Source: a virus (Duplodnaviria > Heunggongvirae > Uroviricota > Caudoviricetes). Taken from it: 64,000 bases of DNA. Shown here in pieces: positions 9,656-19,797 of the stretch; within the stretch, counting starts at the first letter, position 1, and the number at the start of each line of letters is the position of its first letter. Made by a program: the position numbers and the translations under genes. The DNA lies in IMG/VR virus record IMGVR_UViG_3300028805_000039, positions 127,852 to 191,851 of that record; one strand, written 5' to 3'. The notes beneath the pieces are model-generated. The model saw only the letters and a program-made list of their open reading frames with translations. It made no database searches and had not been told where the DNA came from.

Positions 9656-9835
9656 TGGATTTAATTTGTCCTTATTGCATTAAGCCCCTTGAATGGGATA
9701 ACACAATAGATTATGATGTTGGCATTGATCATGCTGATACTAAGGACACAGGCCATTGTCCTAAGTGTAATAGGCACTTCCACTGGTATACACATTATAT
9801 ATTTTCTCATTATGAAGACTTGACAGAAGATTAAA
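9656..9835 (+). CDS. zinc-ribbon protein (59 aa)
   Basis: CPYC...CPKC; ATG overlaps the upstream stop. Confidence 0.4.
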
Positions 9836-9880
9836 TCTATGCTATAATAAATACAGAAAATAAGAAAGGAAGTAAAAAAA

Positions 9881-10090
9881 ATGATGATTGTAATTGGACT
9901 TTTGGTTGCGTATGCTATCAGTTTTCTCATTAATGCTGGCCTTGTGTGGCTGCTGTGCTGGGGCCTGAAAGCAGTTGGTATTACCACTATCTGTGGTTGG
10001 ACTGTGGCTTTTAGTTGGCCGCTGGTGTTGATTTTCACCGTTGCCTATGTAATTCTTCATAGTATCTTCGGTGGGCAGAGTAAGAAGTAA
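9881..10090 (+). CDS. small membrane protein
   Basis: ORF track; two hydrophobic helices. Confidence 0.5.
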   Translation: MMIVIGLLVAYAISFLINAGLVWLLCWGLKAVGITTICGWTVAFSWPLVLIFTVAYVILHSIFGGQSKK

Positions 10091-10102
10091 GGAGGAATAG
10101 TT

Positions 10103-10321
10103 ATGAAAGATAAGATTACTTATAATATTGTTGAGGAAATTGCTGTTCTCTCTGTCCGTGGCGGTTGGGCTCTTGAACTTAACCGCGTAGCATGGAATGG
10201 CGGCCCGCCTAAGTATGACATCCGCTCATGGAATGAAGACCACAGCCGAATGGGCAAAGGAGTTACTCTCAATGATAATGAGATGGAAGCCCTGCTCGAT
10301 GCGATGGCGGCAAGGAATTAA
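10103..10321 (+). CDS. hypothetical protein (72 aa)
   Basis: ORF track; ggagg RBS. Confidence 0.5.
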   Translation: MKDKITYNIVEEIAVLSVRGGWALELNRVAWNGGPPKYDIRSWNEDHSRMGKGVTLNDNEMEALLDAMAARN

Positions 10322-10431
10322 CCTTGCCCAATCGCCCGGGCAGATTGTTAAATAAATAACGATTAAAATGGTATTGACAAATTTAATTAAGTATGTTATT
10401 ATAATAGTACCAAAAGGGAAGGAGATAAAAA

Positions 10432-10671
10432 ATGCGTGACCCTGAAAGAATTGATGATTTTATGTACCATCTGGCCTATTTGTGGGAAAAGTATTGCCCT
10501 GACTGGCGATTTGCACAGTTGATGTCTAACTTTTTTTCCTATTACCGATGTGACCTCTTTTATAATGAAGAAGACCTATTTATGGAAAAGTTTGAATGCT
10601 ACATTTATAATGAAGTAGCAAACAAGCCTGACCCTGATGATTTTTGTTATTACGAACCGAAGGAGGATTAA
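10432..10671 (+). CDS. hypothetical protein (79 aa)
   Basis: ORF track. Confidence 0.5.
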   Translation: MRDPERIDDFMYHLAYLWEKYCPDWRFAQLMSNFFSYYRCDLFYNEEDLFMEKFECYIYNEVANKPDPDDFCYYEPKED

Positions 10672-10676
10672 AAAAA

Positions 10677-10898
10677 ATGGATTTCACAAATATGACTATG
10701 GAAGAACTCAATCAGATAAAAGCCGAAATTTATAATGAAATAGACCGCCGTGTTAAAGCCGAAGAACAAGAAGCAATTAAAGAATTTATAAAGGCTTTTA
10801 CTAAACTTAATGAAATGGCAGTAACCGTCACTTATGAAGATTGGGAAGATACCTATACTTTAATAAACCCTGAAAGATTCCACTTTACATCTCTTTAA
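10677..10898 (+). CDS. hypothetical protein
   Basis: track ORF 10644..10898, start refined to MDFTNM after an aggagg RBS. Confidence 0.5.
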   Translation: MDFTNMTMEELNQIKAEIYNEIDRRVKAEEQEAIKEFIKAFTKLNEMAVTVTYEDWEDTYTLINPERFHFTSL

Positions 10899-10996
10899 CT
10901 CTTTCAGGGTTAAAGCCCGGGCGCGCAAAAAGGGTATTGACAAATAAAATATTGTATGTTATAATGTAGCTACAAAAAGAAAAGGAGAATAAAAAA

Positions 10997-11197
10997 ATGG
11001 ACTGGAAAGAAAAAATTGCGGCAGGCATGAAGATGATTATGGAAGGTTGCGACCAAGAAGGACTTTGGTTTGGTTGTAAAGGATGTCCTTTTGGGTCTAT
11101 TTGTGACGCAATTCTCCGTGATGAAGAAAGTATTTATACTACTCCTGACCATTGGGAAGAAGAAGGAATTTTCAAAACACCTCTTGACACATTATAA
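10997..11197 (+). CDS. Cys-rich hypothetical protein (66 aa)
   Basis: ORF track. Confidence 0.5.
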   Translation: MDWKEKIAAGMKMIMEGCDQEGLWFGCKGCPFGSICDAILRDEESIYTTPDHWEEEGIFKTPLDTL

Positions 11198-11244
11198 ATT
11201 ATGTGCTATACTATAATCACAAAGAACGAAAGGGGAACTTAAAA

Positions 11245-11391
11245 ATGGAGAACTTTGATAAACGTATGAACAAAAAGACTGGCGAGGAACTCCAGCAGTA
11301 TCTCGCTTTCCGCCGCAAGGCTGGTCGTGTGCCCGCCAAAAAGGGCAAAGGGTCGTATGACCGCAAATCTTTTAAGAAAGAGGTGGCGTAG
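11245..11391 (+). CDS. basic small protein (48 aa) that terminates at TAG
   Basis: MENFDKRMNKKTGEEL...KKEVA then TAG; the next gene starts immediately. Confidence 0.45.
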   Translation: MENFDKRMNKKTGEELQQYLAFRRKAGRVPAKKGKGSYDRKSFKKEVA

Positions 11392-11392
11392 A

Positions 11393-11581
11393 ATGAAGAG
11401 CCCAAGATGGCAGATTGAATACCATTGGATAAACGATGAGGGCATCTGTGAGACTTATCGTTTTACTAAGATTTATACTAATCTGGATGAGGCTATCAAG
11501 TCTTATGAAGATTATGTAAGACTTGAAGGCGGTGGCTGGTATAGCCTGATTGAGATTACCGAAAGAGTAATTTCTATTTAA
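11393..11581 (+). CDS. hypothetical protein
   Basis: ATG right after the TAG stop; C-terminal part of track ORF 11327..11581. Confidence 0.45.
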   Translation: MKSPRWQIEYHWINDEGICETYRFTKIYTNLDEAIKSYEDYVRLEGGGWYSLIEITERVISI

Positions 11582-11596
11582 GAAGGAGGAAAAATT

Positions 11597-11887
11597 ATGA
11601 ATGAAATGATTAAACTTGTTGCTCTTTTAGAGCAGTCCCATGTCCCCTATGAAGTGCGTGACCATTGGTCTAATACCAAGCAGATTTGTTATCCGAACTG
11701 CGAAAATGTAGTTTGTGATGCCGTCTGCTTCCCCGGCTCCTATGGTTATTCAGATGGACTTCTGGAAATTATGGGGCTTGTAGATGAAGAGGAAGTTGGC
11801 GATACTGTTGAGGGCTGGCTTACTGCCGTTGAAGTCTTCCAGCGTATCTATAAGCATTACAGATACGAATTATATAGCATGATTTAA
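11597..11887 (+). CDS. hypothetical protein (96 aa)
   Basis: ORF track; aaggagg RBS. Confidence 0.55.
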   Translation: MNEMIKLVALLEQSHVPYEVRDHWSNTKQICYPNCENVVCDAVCFPGSYGYSDGLLEIMGLVDEEEVGDTVEGWLTAVEVFQRIYKHYRYELYSMI

Positions 11888-11981
11888 GCCCTACGGGGCT
11901 TAATCGCCCGGGCGAATTGTTAAATAAATAACTTTTGAAAAAGGTATTGACTTTTCCGCAAAAGAGAGTATAATAATAATT

Positions 11982-12076
11982 GTCAAGGGGAGAAAGAAAA
12001 CAACCTCTCTCAGGCGCGTAACCTGATGTAAGTAAAATCAAATCTCTTCAAAAAAATGGAAAAAACCCCTTGACAA
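11982..12076 (+). ncRNA. small RNA unit whose 5' (gtcaagggg) and 3' (ccccttgac, also the next -35) ends are complementary
   Basis: same architecture as 4960-5070. Confidence 0.4.
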
Positions 12077-12099
12077 ATCGCTCAACCTATGTTATAATA

Positions 12100-12190
12100 A
12101 GTATGTAAGATAAAGGAAAAGAAACGGAGCCTTGTCCTACTAAAAGGCTTTAGAATCTGGTAGGTAAATCTTTTGAAAGAGGTAGATACT
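12100..12190 (+). promoter_or_regulatory. conserved structured 5' leader of the family-X genes (ggagccttgtcctactaaaaggc...agaatctggtag...gaaagaggtagatactATG)
   Basis: near-identical leaders precede 12191, 18258 and 21521. Confidence 0.5.
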
Positions 12191-12595
12191 ATGTCTCGTA
12201 AGCTGTCCTATGTTTCCGCGATTGATTTCGCTCTGTCCATCCTGTCCCAGATTGATGCTGCTCAGGTGGCTATCCCCGCCGCCAAGGAAGAGGACACTCC
12301 GGTGTCTGTCGGTGAGGTTGTGGAGAAGCTGACCGCTCTCCGTGAGAAGCAGGCCGCTCGTTCGGCTACTAAGGCCGAGGGGCCGACCAAGGCCCAGCTT
12401 GAGCGTGCCGCCCTTGCCTCCCGCATCGGTGATGCTATGGAGCCGGGTGTGACCTACGGCAACGCCGAGATTGCCGCCCTCCTGCCGGAGCTGGCTGGTG
12501 CTACTCCCCAGCGTCTGTCTCCCCTCATGGCTCTGCTCGGTGAGCGGATTGTGACCTCTAAGGTCAAGGGCAAGAACTACTACACTCTTGCCTGA
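12191..12595 (+). CDS. family-X protein (paralog 1 of 4; C-terminus ...KGKNYYTLA)
   Basis: paralogs at 18258, 21521 and 41486 share the C-terminal block and leader; start refined to MSRKLSY. Confidence 0.6.
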   Translation: MSRKLSYVSAIDFALSILSQIDAAQVAIPAAKEEDTPVSVGEVVEKLTALREKQAARSATKAEGPTKAQLERAALASRIGDAMEPGVTYGNAEIAALLPELAGATPQRLSPLMALLGERIVTSKVKGKNYYTLA

Positions 12596-12852
12596 CCTAA
12601 AGGCTCCTAAGGGGTCGAGCCTTTCGGCCTCTTTCCAGTCAGTTTCTGGCTTTTCTGAGACAAAAAGGGCCACATAATAAAAGGTGGATAAAGGGCTTCG
12701 GCTCTCCACTATTTTTTCCTTGCGGACTGGGCCCTCTGCAAGGTTTTTTATTTATCTTCAATTAGCAAAGGCTAACCGCCCGGGCACTTTGTTAAAGAAA
12801 TAACTTTCAAAAACCTCTTGACTTTTTGCCAAAAGAGAGTATAATAATAATT

Positions 12853-12956
12853 GTCAAGGGGCAAGAGAACTGATAAAGTAGGGACAGCCCCAATGTGAGG
12901 ATTGCTGAATGACCTTGCTTGAAAAAATTTCAAAGAAATTTGAAATCCCCCTTGAC
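12853..12956 (+). ncRNA. small RNA unit with complementary ends and the tttcaaagaaatttgaaa palindrome
   Basis: gtcaagggg ... tttcaaagaaatttgaaatcccccttgacaag. Confidence 0.4.
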
Positions 12957-13015
12957 AAGAAAGAAAAAGCATGATATAATAAAATCACAAAGAAAGAAAA
13001 AAGGAGATAAAACAA

Positions 13016-14128
13016 ATGGCTACTTCTTACTCTGTCTGCAAAGACCGCAACATGATTTACTTCACCAATGATGAGGGCAAGGTGTGGAGTTTTGATGTGA
13101 ACACTGGCATTTTCCTTTCCCCCAAGGGCAATGCCGTCAAGTCTTTCCCGACTGGACTGGGCAGTTTCATTGACGGGCATGATACCAGAAATGATATTCC
13201 CGCTGTTCGTCTGATGGCCTTTATCCGCAATAACCCCTATAACTATGGCGTGCGTGATTATAAAAATTACCATATGCTGAGAAATCCCAGTTATTATGCG
13301 AAGTTGGCTGTCCTGTTTCAGGCTATTGACAAAATGGCAAGTCTGGGCTGTTCTCCTGACCGTTGGAACGCTACTGCTTCTAACCTGACTTTCATCAATG
13401 ACCATTTCAAGGCTTTTGCCAAGTGGTACAAGGATAATCAGTCTAATGAAGTTGAAGAATTTGTCCGCCGTTATGGTGTTGAAATGTATTGCCATGAACA
13501 CCACATTGACCCCGAACACCTGAGTGCAGATACTATTTCTTTCATTCAGTTTTATCTGATTAGAAATAATGCCAAATGGGCATCTCCGGAATATCTCCCC
13601 TATGTTATGTATTATCTGTCACGTGGTCTGGTTGATTTTGTTGGCGTAAATGTCGCAAGTAACCTGCTTACCAATTTCTTTGACTGGTGTGAAACCACTG
13701 GTATCAAGCCGCAGAAGTCCGACTTTTATCGGCAGTATCTTGATGTAAAGCATACTTATATTGCTAATAAAAAGCAGTATGACATGATGGCACTTGCCAA
13801 CAACTACGCAGAAAAGAAAAACGCTCTGCTGTTTGAGGATGATACTTTTAAGGTTATTATCCCCACCACTGTTGAGGAATTTCAGGCAGAGGGTGATGCA
13901 CAGCACAACTGTGTGTACAGTATGTATCTTGAAAAGTGCATTAAAAATACTACTCATGTAGTATTTGTTCGCCGCAAGGACGCACTTAATAAGAGTTACA
14001 TTACTTGCGAAGTTGACAAGCGGGGCAACATTGTCCAGTATCTCGGACAGTATAACAACTGGGTATCTGACCCTGACGCAATCGCTTTCAAAAAGCATTA
14101 CATGGAGTGGCTTGCCAATAACTGGTAA
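13016..14128 (+). CDS. PcfJ-like domain protein (370 aa)
   Basis: C-terminal ...EGDAQHNCVYSMYLEKC... resembles the PcfJ-family E-G-x-x-M-H-H-C-V core; largest early gene. Confidence 0.45.
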   Translation: MATSYSVCKDRNMIYFTNDEGKVWSFDVNTGIFLSPKGNAVKSFPTGLGSFIDGHDTRNDIPAVRLMAFIRNNPYNYGVRDYKNYHMLRNPSYYAKLAVLFQAIDKMASLGCSPDRWNATASNLTFINDHFKAFAKWYKDNQSNEVEEFVRRYGVEMYCHEHHIDPEHLSADTISFIQFYLIRNNAKWASPEYLPYVMYYLSRGLVDFVGVNVASNLLTNFFDWCETTGIKPQKSDFYRQYLDVKHTYIANKKQYDMMALANNYAEKKNALLFEDDTFKVIIPTTVEEFQAEGDAQHNCVYSMYLEKCIKNTTHVVFVRRKDALNKSYITCEVDKRGNIVQYLGQYNNWVSDPDAIAFKKHYMEWLANNW

Positions 14129-14430
14129 GCCCTCCCAAGGGGTAGGTAATTACCTACCCCTAACCGCCCGGGCGATTTGTTAAATAAATAACTTTTATTT
14201 TTCTATTGACTTTTCTAAAACATGTGCTATAATAATACTTGTAAATGAGATAACGCGGAGGGAGCCGCAAGGCGTTATGACCTCTATCTACATAAACCCT
14301 TTGCCCTTTGGGGAGAGCCTTTCGGGTTATAATAGAAAAATCTCCCCAAAATAAATTTATTTTATTCTCTTGACAAGGCACCAAGAGTATGTTATAATTA
14401 AAGTACAAAAGAGGAAAGGAAGTATAATCA

Positions 14431-14640
14431 ATGGATGAACAGCTTATAAGAGATTGCCTGCGGATGTTTCGAGACCGCAAAAATTATTATCAGAATACTA
14501 TTAAAAATGGTAAAAGTCTTAATCTTGATGCTGACTATGCCGCCGCTGGAGCTTATAGCTCTGCCGCAACTATGTTAGAGTATGCTATTAAAAAAGATAA
14601 AGAAATCCTTGCTCAATTTGACTATTATAAGGAGAACTAA
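14431..14640 (+). CDS. hypothetical protein; paralog of 14976..15188
   Basis: MDEQLIRDCLRMFRDR.. versus MNEQLIRDCLRMYRER.. Confidence 0.55.
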   Translation: MDEQLIRDCLRMFRDRKNYYQNTIKNGKSLNLDADYAAAGAYSSAATMLEYAIKKDKEILAQFDYYKEN

Positions 14641-14641
14641 A

Positions 14642-14863
14642 ATGGCAGATGTTTTAGTAGAGTATTCCACAGTTGTCAGACGCACTATCGACATCCCTGA
14701 TGAGATTTATAATCTCGCATTAAATGGTGATTATTCTGACAAAGTGGCTAATTATTTTTGGGATGAACTTTTTTGGAAGCGTGTTGCTGAAAGCGACCCA
14801 AATTTTATTGAGCCGTATGGTGTTTATACCACAGATTATCAAAATGCATTAGCCGAGTATTAA
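14642..14863 (+). CDS. hypothetical protein
   Basis: track ORF 14582..14863, start refined to MADVLVEY. Confidence 0.5.
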   Translation: MADVLVEYSTVVRRTIDIPDEIYNLALNGDYSDKVANYFWDELFWKRVAESDPNFIEPYGVYTTDYQNALAEY

Positions 14864-14975
14864 CCTCGGCTAACCGCCCGGGCGGATTGTTAAATAAATA
14901 ACTATTAAAAAACTCTTGACATTTTTCTTATCCAGTAGTATAATAAAATCACAAAAGGAAAGGGGAATAACAAAA

Positions 14976-15188
14976 ATGAATGAACAGCTTATACGCGACT
15001 GCCTTAGAATGTATCGTGAGCGCGCCGCCTATTTTGAGGAAAAATGGGCTAATACTCATGGAGCTGAATGTTTGAAGGCTATAAGCTCTTGTACTGCTTA
15101 TGAGACAGCAGCAATTATGTTAGAATATGCTTTATCAGATAATGCTGAATTATTGGCACAGTTTGATTATTATGGGGAGGAGAAATAA
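14976..15188 (+). CDS. hypothetical protein; paralog of 14431..14640
   Basis: start refined inside track ORF 14916..15188. Confidence 0.55.
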   Translation: MNEQLIRDCLRMYRERAAYFEEKWANTHGAECLKAISSCTAYETAAIMLEYALSDNAELLAQFDYYGEEK

Positions 15189-15656
15189 ATGAAAGTTTAC
15201 CTTGCGGCTCCGTTTTTTACTGATAAACAGAAGAATGAAAAGTCTACTGTTAAGGCGGCTCTCAGTTTTCGCAATGATGTAGAAATCATTGACCCACAGG
15301 ATTTTGATTTAGGGCTTTCTGGCTGGGAAATGACTAACCATCAGTGGGGAAAAAAGGTTTTTGACGCTGATGTTGAAGCTTTATTAAAAGCGGATGCGGT
15401 AGTTGCCATTGATTATGGTCTGTATAGCGACACTGGTACAGCTTGGGAAATTGGTTTTGCCTATGGGGCTTGTATTCCTACAGTTATTCTTGTACCTGAT
15501 GAAACTATTTCCACTCAGCATTCTCTCATGATAGGTAGTTCAAGTACAATCTTTTGTTCTATTAAAAGATTTTGTAATGAACTTACAGCTCAAACCTTTG
15601 AAGAGTTCCTTAAAACTGGTAATAAATATAATCTGCTTGGGGTAGAACTTAAATAA
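15189..15656 (+). CDS. nucleoside 2-deoxyribosyltransferase / Rcl (DNPH1)-like protein
   Basis: MKVYLAAPFF N-terminus and a DTGTAWEIGFAYG motif typical of the N-deoxyribosyltransferase fold. Confidence 0.55.
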   Translation: MKVYLAAPFFTDKQKNEKSTVKAALSFRNDVEIIDPQDFDLGLSGWEMTNHQWGKKVFDADVEALLKADAVVAIDYGLYSDTGTAWEIGFAYGACIPTVILVPDETISTQHSLMIGSSSTIFCSIKRFCNELTAQTFEEFLKTGNKYNLLGVELK

Positions 15657-15770
15657 GGGCTACCCCAGCCCGCCCGGGCGGATTGTTAAATAAATAACTT
15701 TCAAAAATCTATTGACATTCTCTTAATCAAGTAGTATAATAAAATCACAAAAGGAAAGGGGAATAAAAAA

Positions 15771-15959
15771 ATGACTACTTTGGAAAACAATTTTGATGAT
15801 AAAATGGTTCGTATGTTAATCATTAAAATGGGAGAACTTGCTAAAAATTATCAGATTCAATACGATGATAGAGACATGGAAGCTTATAAAAACAATGCAG
15901 AATTAAAGGCTCGCTGGAAAGTTTATGGTGAGCTTTTGGAAGAGTTAATGGAGGAATAA
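15771..15959 (+). CDS. hypothetical protein (62 aa)
   Basis: ORF track. Confidence 0.5.
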   Translation: MTTLENNFDDKMVRMLIIKMGELAKNYQIQYDDRDMEAYKNNAELKARWKVYGELLEELMEE

Positions 15960-15963
15960 AAAA

Positions 15964-16278
15964 ATGATTACAGCAAAGGACATCCGTGAAGCAGAGCAGC
16001 ACCTTATTGATGAATGGGGTGCCGAAGTTGGCGGGAAGGTTGCCAATGAAGCCTGTCTTGTGCGACATGTTGCTCCATTTGGTGGCGGTACAAAAGAATT
16101 TCTTGACCATTGCGTATGCTGTGGCGGGAACTGGTGCGGTATGTTTCTTTCTGGTATAGAGAAATTATACCCTGCCGTGTATGCGGCTATCCCTGACAGT
16201 ATGGGAGCAACTGGAAACGAAGCATTTATCAATATTATTTATGTTATGATGCTGTGCGGCGTGGACACCTCTCGGTAA
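15964..16278 (+). CDS. hypothetical protein (104 aa)
   Basis: ORF track; ggaggaataaaaaaATG. Confidence 0.5.
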   Translation: MITAKDIREAEQHLIDEWGAEVGGKVANEACLVRHVAPFGGGTKEFLDHCVCCGGNWCGMFLSGIEKLYPAVYAAIPDSMGATGNEAFINIIYVMMLCGVDTSR

Positions 16279-16427
16279 GCCACGCCTTACCGCCCGGGCG
16301 CAAGATTGTTAAATAAATAACATTGAAAACCCTTCTTGACTTTTCCAAAATTTATGCTATACTATAATTGTTGATGCGGGAAAAGAAGTTAAACCCCATC
16401 ACAGAAAGGAATAAATATATGGAAAAA

Positions 16428-17129
16428 ATGTATGTGCTTGTTCTTGATGTTGAAACCGCTGGCGATGTTGAAAGTAATCCCCTTGTTTATGATGTTGGAG
16501 CTCAGATCGTTGACCTTAATGGTAATGTTATTGAGCGTGGCAGTTGGGTGATTTATGATATTTATACCCAGCGTGACCTGATGACTTCTGCTTACTATGC
16601 CGCGAAACTGCCGCAGTATGAACACGATATGGCAAATGGCACTCGCAAAATGGCACGACTTGAAACTGTCCGTAAAATTCTTTGGAAGTGGATGTTCAAA
16701 TATAATACTTTTCTTGTCGCCGCCTATAATGCTTCTTTCGACCGCAGAGCATTAAACAACACTGTTCGCACTCTTGGCATTGGCAATTATTTCTTTCCTT
16801 TTAAGACTAAGTTTATTGACATTTGGCGAATGGCTTGTTTGTCTATCTGCATGATGAAAAGTTATCACCAGATGGCGTATGAAAATGGCTGGTATAGTAA
16901 TGCTGGTAATATCCGCACTAATGCCGAAACTGTGTACAGTTTTCTTACAAATTCGCCCAATTTTGAGGAATCGCATACCGCCCTTGAAGATGTTGACATT
17001 GAAACAGAAATTATGCTTTACTGTTGGAAAAAGGTAAAAGCCGAAGATAGAGGCATTATCGGTTTTCCGTGGCGCATCCCGCAAAAAGAATGGATTTTCC
17101 ACGAAGCAAAATTTGATGAAATTATTTAA
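16428..17129 (+). CDS. DEDD-family (DnaQ-like) 3'-5' exonuclease
   Basis: LVLDVETAGD (exo I), AYNASFD (exo II), HTALEDVDIE (exo III); start refined to MEKMYV. Confidence 0.65.
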   Translation: MYVLVLDVETAGDVESNPLVYDVGAQIVDLNGNVIERGSWVIYDIYTQRDLMTSAYYAAKLPQYEHDMANGTRKMARLETVRKILWKWMFKYNTFLVAAYNASFDRRALNNTVRTLGIGNYFFPFKTKFIDIWRMACLSICMMKSYHQMAYENGWYSNAGNIRTNAETVYSFLTNSPNFEESHTALEDVDIETEIMLYCWKKVKAEDRGIIGFPWRIPQKEWIFHEAKFDEII

Positions 17130-17160
17130 TAAAATCGCAGGGATTTTTCCCTGCGATTTT

Positions 17161-17215
17161 TTATTTGAAAATTTAAAAAAAATATTATAAAATATTTATA
17201 GAAAATAAAAAATAA
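17161..17215 (+). promoter_or_regulatory. late-type AT-rich promoter copy inside the early module
   Basis: ttatttgaaaatttaaaaaaaatattataaaatatttatagaaaataaaaaa. Confidence 0.45.
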
Positions 17216-17328
17216 ATACTGCCGAATAAATATTCACCGCCCGGGCAATCTTTTCTTAAAAATCCTATTGACAAATTCCAATAGAGGGTGTATAATAAAA
17301 GCACAAAAGGAAAAGGAGATAACACAAA

Positions 17329-17871
17329 ATGATTACTGCTAATGAACTGATGAAGATTGAAATGAACAGACAGGCCGCAATTGAAAAAAGAAAGATGGAG
17401 CGTGAGCAGTCTGCCGAAGCAACTAAGGCCGCAAGGCTTGAACGTGCGAAAATTAACTATGAGCAGGCAAAGGAAAATGTAGTTAAACTGTGCGAAGACC
17501 GCATTGGTACTTTGATTGAAGAAACCATCGAGCGGCAGGGCGTCAAAGATTTTTCTCTGCGGTTGCTGGTATCTCTTTTTACCGATGAGCTGGGTAATAG
17601 ACTTTTTAGGGTTGCAACTAAGGATGAGTTTGTTCCTGAGAAGACACAAAAGCGGAGCAGATTCAGAAATGACAACCGTGAATATTTTGTTATCAATAGC
17701 TCTGATTTTTGCTATAAGACCTTTCAGCAGTATTTAAGAAAACACGGCTTTCGAGTTGTACAAGAACGGAACAAAGAAACTGTCCCGTCGAGATGGTCTC
17801 TTAATCCTTCTATTATCTGTAATGTTATTACTATTACTTTGCTGGATTCCCCGACTAAGGATGAGAGTTAA
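17329..17871 (+). CDS. hypothetical protein (180 aa)
   Basis: ORF track; cassette promoter upstream. Confidence 0.55.
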   Translation: MITANELMKIEMNRQAAIEKRKMEREQSAEATKAARLERAKINYEQAKENVVKLCEDRIGTLIEETIERQGVKDFSLRLLVSLFTDELGNRLFRVATKDEFVPEKTQKRSRFRNDNREYFVINSSDFCYKTFQQYLRKHGFRVVQERNKETVPSRWSLNPSIICNVITITLLDSPTKDES

Positions 17872-17959
17872 TCTCTCATCCAATGCCCGGGCGGATTGTT
17901 AAATAAATAACTATTAAAAAAGGTATTGACTTTTTCGCAAAAAAGAGTATAATAATAAT

Positions 17960-18052
17960 TGTCAAGAGGGGCACACCGTTCGCGTGGCTCGCAAGAGTAA
18001 ACTCAAATAGAACAAGGAAACCACATTGAGGGTGTGAAAAACCCTCTTGACA
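17960..18052 (+). ncRNA. small RNA unit with complementary ends (gtcaagagggg / ccctcttgac)
   Basis: same architecture as 4960-5070. Confidence 0.4.
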
Positions 18053-18257
18053 AACTTTATAAAGTGTGATACAATGTAAGTGTAGTAAGGAAGAGGACAG
18101 AGGAATCAAGAACGAAATAAAAAAAATAAAATTTCCTCTTGACAAATCGCTCAACCTATGCTATAATAAGTATGTAAGGTAAAGGGAAACGAACGGAGCC
18201 TTGTCCTACTAAAAGGCGTAAGAATCTGGTAGGTAAAAAACGAAAGAGGTAGATACT

Positions 18258-18650
18258 ATGGCTAATTCTGTTGCTACTACTGACCGCAAGCCCACCAAGC
18301 GTGACCGCTTTAATCGGCTTTACACCATTGTGCAGGAGGGTTCTTACCACGATGCTGACGAGCTGATGGAGTTTATTGAGCACGAGCTGGAACTGCTCGA
18401 TAAGAAGAATACCGCTGAGCGTAAGCCCACCGCCAAGCAGGTCGCCAACGAGGGCTACAAGCAGAACATCCTTAACTGGATGGAGCCTGACCGCCTGTAC
18501 CTTGCGGCTGAGATTGCCAAGGGTGTGCCTGAGATTGTTGCCAATGGCGTGACTGCCGGCACTGTCACCGCTCTGCTGACCCAGCTTTATAAGGCGGGTA
18601 GCCTGACCCGCACTGAGGACAAGCGCAAGAACTATTACGCCCTCGCGTAA
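18258..18650 (+). CDS. family-X protein (paralog 2)
   Basis: C-terminus GVTAGTVTALLTQLYKAG..KRKNYYALA; conserved leader upstream. Confidence 0.6.
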   Translation: MANSVATTDRKPTKRDRFNRLYTIVQEGSYHDADELMEFIEHELELLDKKNTAERKPTAKQVANEGYKQNILNWMEPDRLYLAAEIAKGVPEIVANGVTAGTVTALLTQLYKAGSLTRTEDKRKNYYALA

Positions 18651-18691
18651 TCCCTACGGCTTCGGGGGTGAGCCAATCACCCCCATACTAT

Positions 18692-18767
18692 GCGGGCATA
18701 GCTCAGATGGAAGAGCACTTGACTTTTAATCAAGGGGTCGGGGGTTCAAATCCCCCTGCCCGCACCA
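18692..18767 (+). tRNA. tRNA-Lys(TTT), second copy with a different sequence
   Basis: acceptor gcgggca/tgcccgc; anticodon stem cttga/tcaag with loop cttttaa; T-arm gggggttcaaatccccc; CCA. Confidence 0.8.
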
Positions 18768-18922
18768 ATAACATCCTCTCTCCTTTCTTTCTCTCCTTTC
18801 TCTTTCGGGCTCTATCACTTTAATGTGGTAGAGTTCCCGCCCGGGCGATTTTTTATAAATAACTATTGACATTTTTAGAATTTATGTTATAATAAAATTA
18901 CCAAAAGAAAGGAAATAAAGTT

Positions 18923-19453
18923 ATGAAACAGAAAGAAATGAAGTGCATTCATCCGCGCAAGATGGTAAAAATTATGGAACGCTTTATTTATCTCGCAGGA
19001 AATGAGAAATGCGAAATTCATCGTGCGGATTCTTTTGGCACCTATGCCGCTTTTGAGGATTTTATTATTGATTATGACCCCAAAAAACTTCCTTATTGCC
19101 ATGATTACTTTACCAAAAATTTTCATAAGCGCAGTTCTATCTCTAAAGGATTCGCGGGTGTTACTATTTCTTTATTACACGAACTGGGGCATCGTAAAAC
19201 ATACGAACAATTTATCATAACTTACCCTAACTGGGATAGAATATTAGAAAGTTTGAAACTTCGTAAAAAATATCATTTCTTTGATGACCCTACTGAGCGT
19301 GATATAGAACAGGCGAATGAAGAATATTTTACTTGGCCTGAAGAAGCTATGGCTACTGAATGGGCTATAGAATGGTTGAATGACCCGGCTAATCGTAAAA
19401 TTGCAAAAAAATTTGAAAAAGAATTTTTTGCTTGTTTTGCCGCCGCTAAATAG
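18923..19453 (+). CDS. HExxH zinc-metallopeptidase-like protein; terminates at TAG
   Basis: ISLLHELGHRK motif; stop codon TAG at 19451-19453 sits inside the gccgct...agcggc terminator hairpin. Confidence 0.5.
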   Translation: MKQKEMKCIHPRKMVKIMERFIYLAGNEKCEIHRADSFGTYAAFEDFIIDYDPKKLPYCHDYFTKNFHKRSSISKGFAGVTISLLHELGHRKTYEQFIITYPNWDRILESLKLRKKYHFFDDPTERDIEQANEEYFTWPEEAMATEWAIEWLNDPANRKIAKKFEKEFFACFAAAK

Positions 19454-19549
19454 AGCGGCAAAACGCCCGGGCGCGCAAATTTACTATTGACAAGTAAAGT
19501 AATTAGTGTTATAATAATTGTGAAACCAAAAGGAAAGGAATTAAATAAA

Positions 19550-19780
19550 ATGAAGGAAAAAATTTTGGCTTGCCTTAATCGTTGGCCTGGAGCGCGCAAG
19601 CGTGAAGTTGCTACAGAAATTCATTGTCCTGTGAATGGAGCATTTCTTCATAACTTTAGCGAATTGGAAGATATTGGCTTTATTCACCGTGTCACAGTTA
19701 ATGACCCGGCTAATATGGAATTTTATGATAAATGGTACTTGACAGATGTTGGGTATCGTGCTATAATGAATGTAGATTAA
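19550..19780 (+). CDS. hypothetical protein
   Basis: start refined inside track ORF 19487..19780 (MKEKILACLN). Confidence 0.5.
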   Translation: MKEKILACLNRWPGARKREVATEIHCPVNGAFLHNFSELEDIGFIHRVTVNDPANMEFYDKWYLTDVGYRAIMNVD

Positions 19781-19797
19781 GGAAAGGAGTGTAGCAC

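Noticed and set aside
12140-12709. 189-aa minus-strand ORF antisense to the family-X gene; similar cases at 21470..21910, 19777..20247, 13619..14098 and 2702..3313
   Set aside because: Each is antisense to a well-supported plus-strand gene with promoter and RBS, and the translation is compositionally odd. All early transcription units run on the plus strand.
19451-19560. Read-through of TAG at 19451 fusing 18923..19453 to the next ORF in frame
   Set aside because: The frame continuity crosses a terminator hairpin and a complete promoter; coincidental. Early genes appear to use the standard code.
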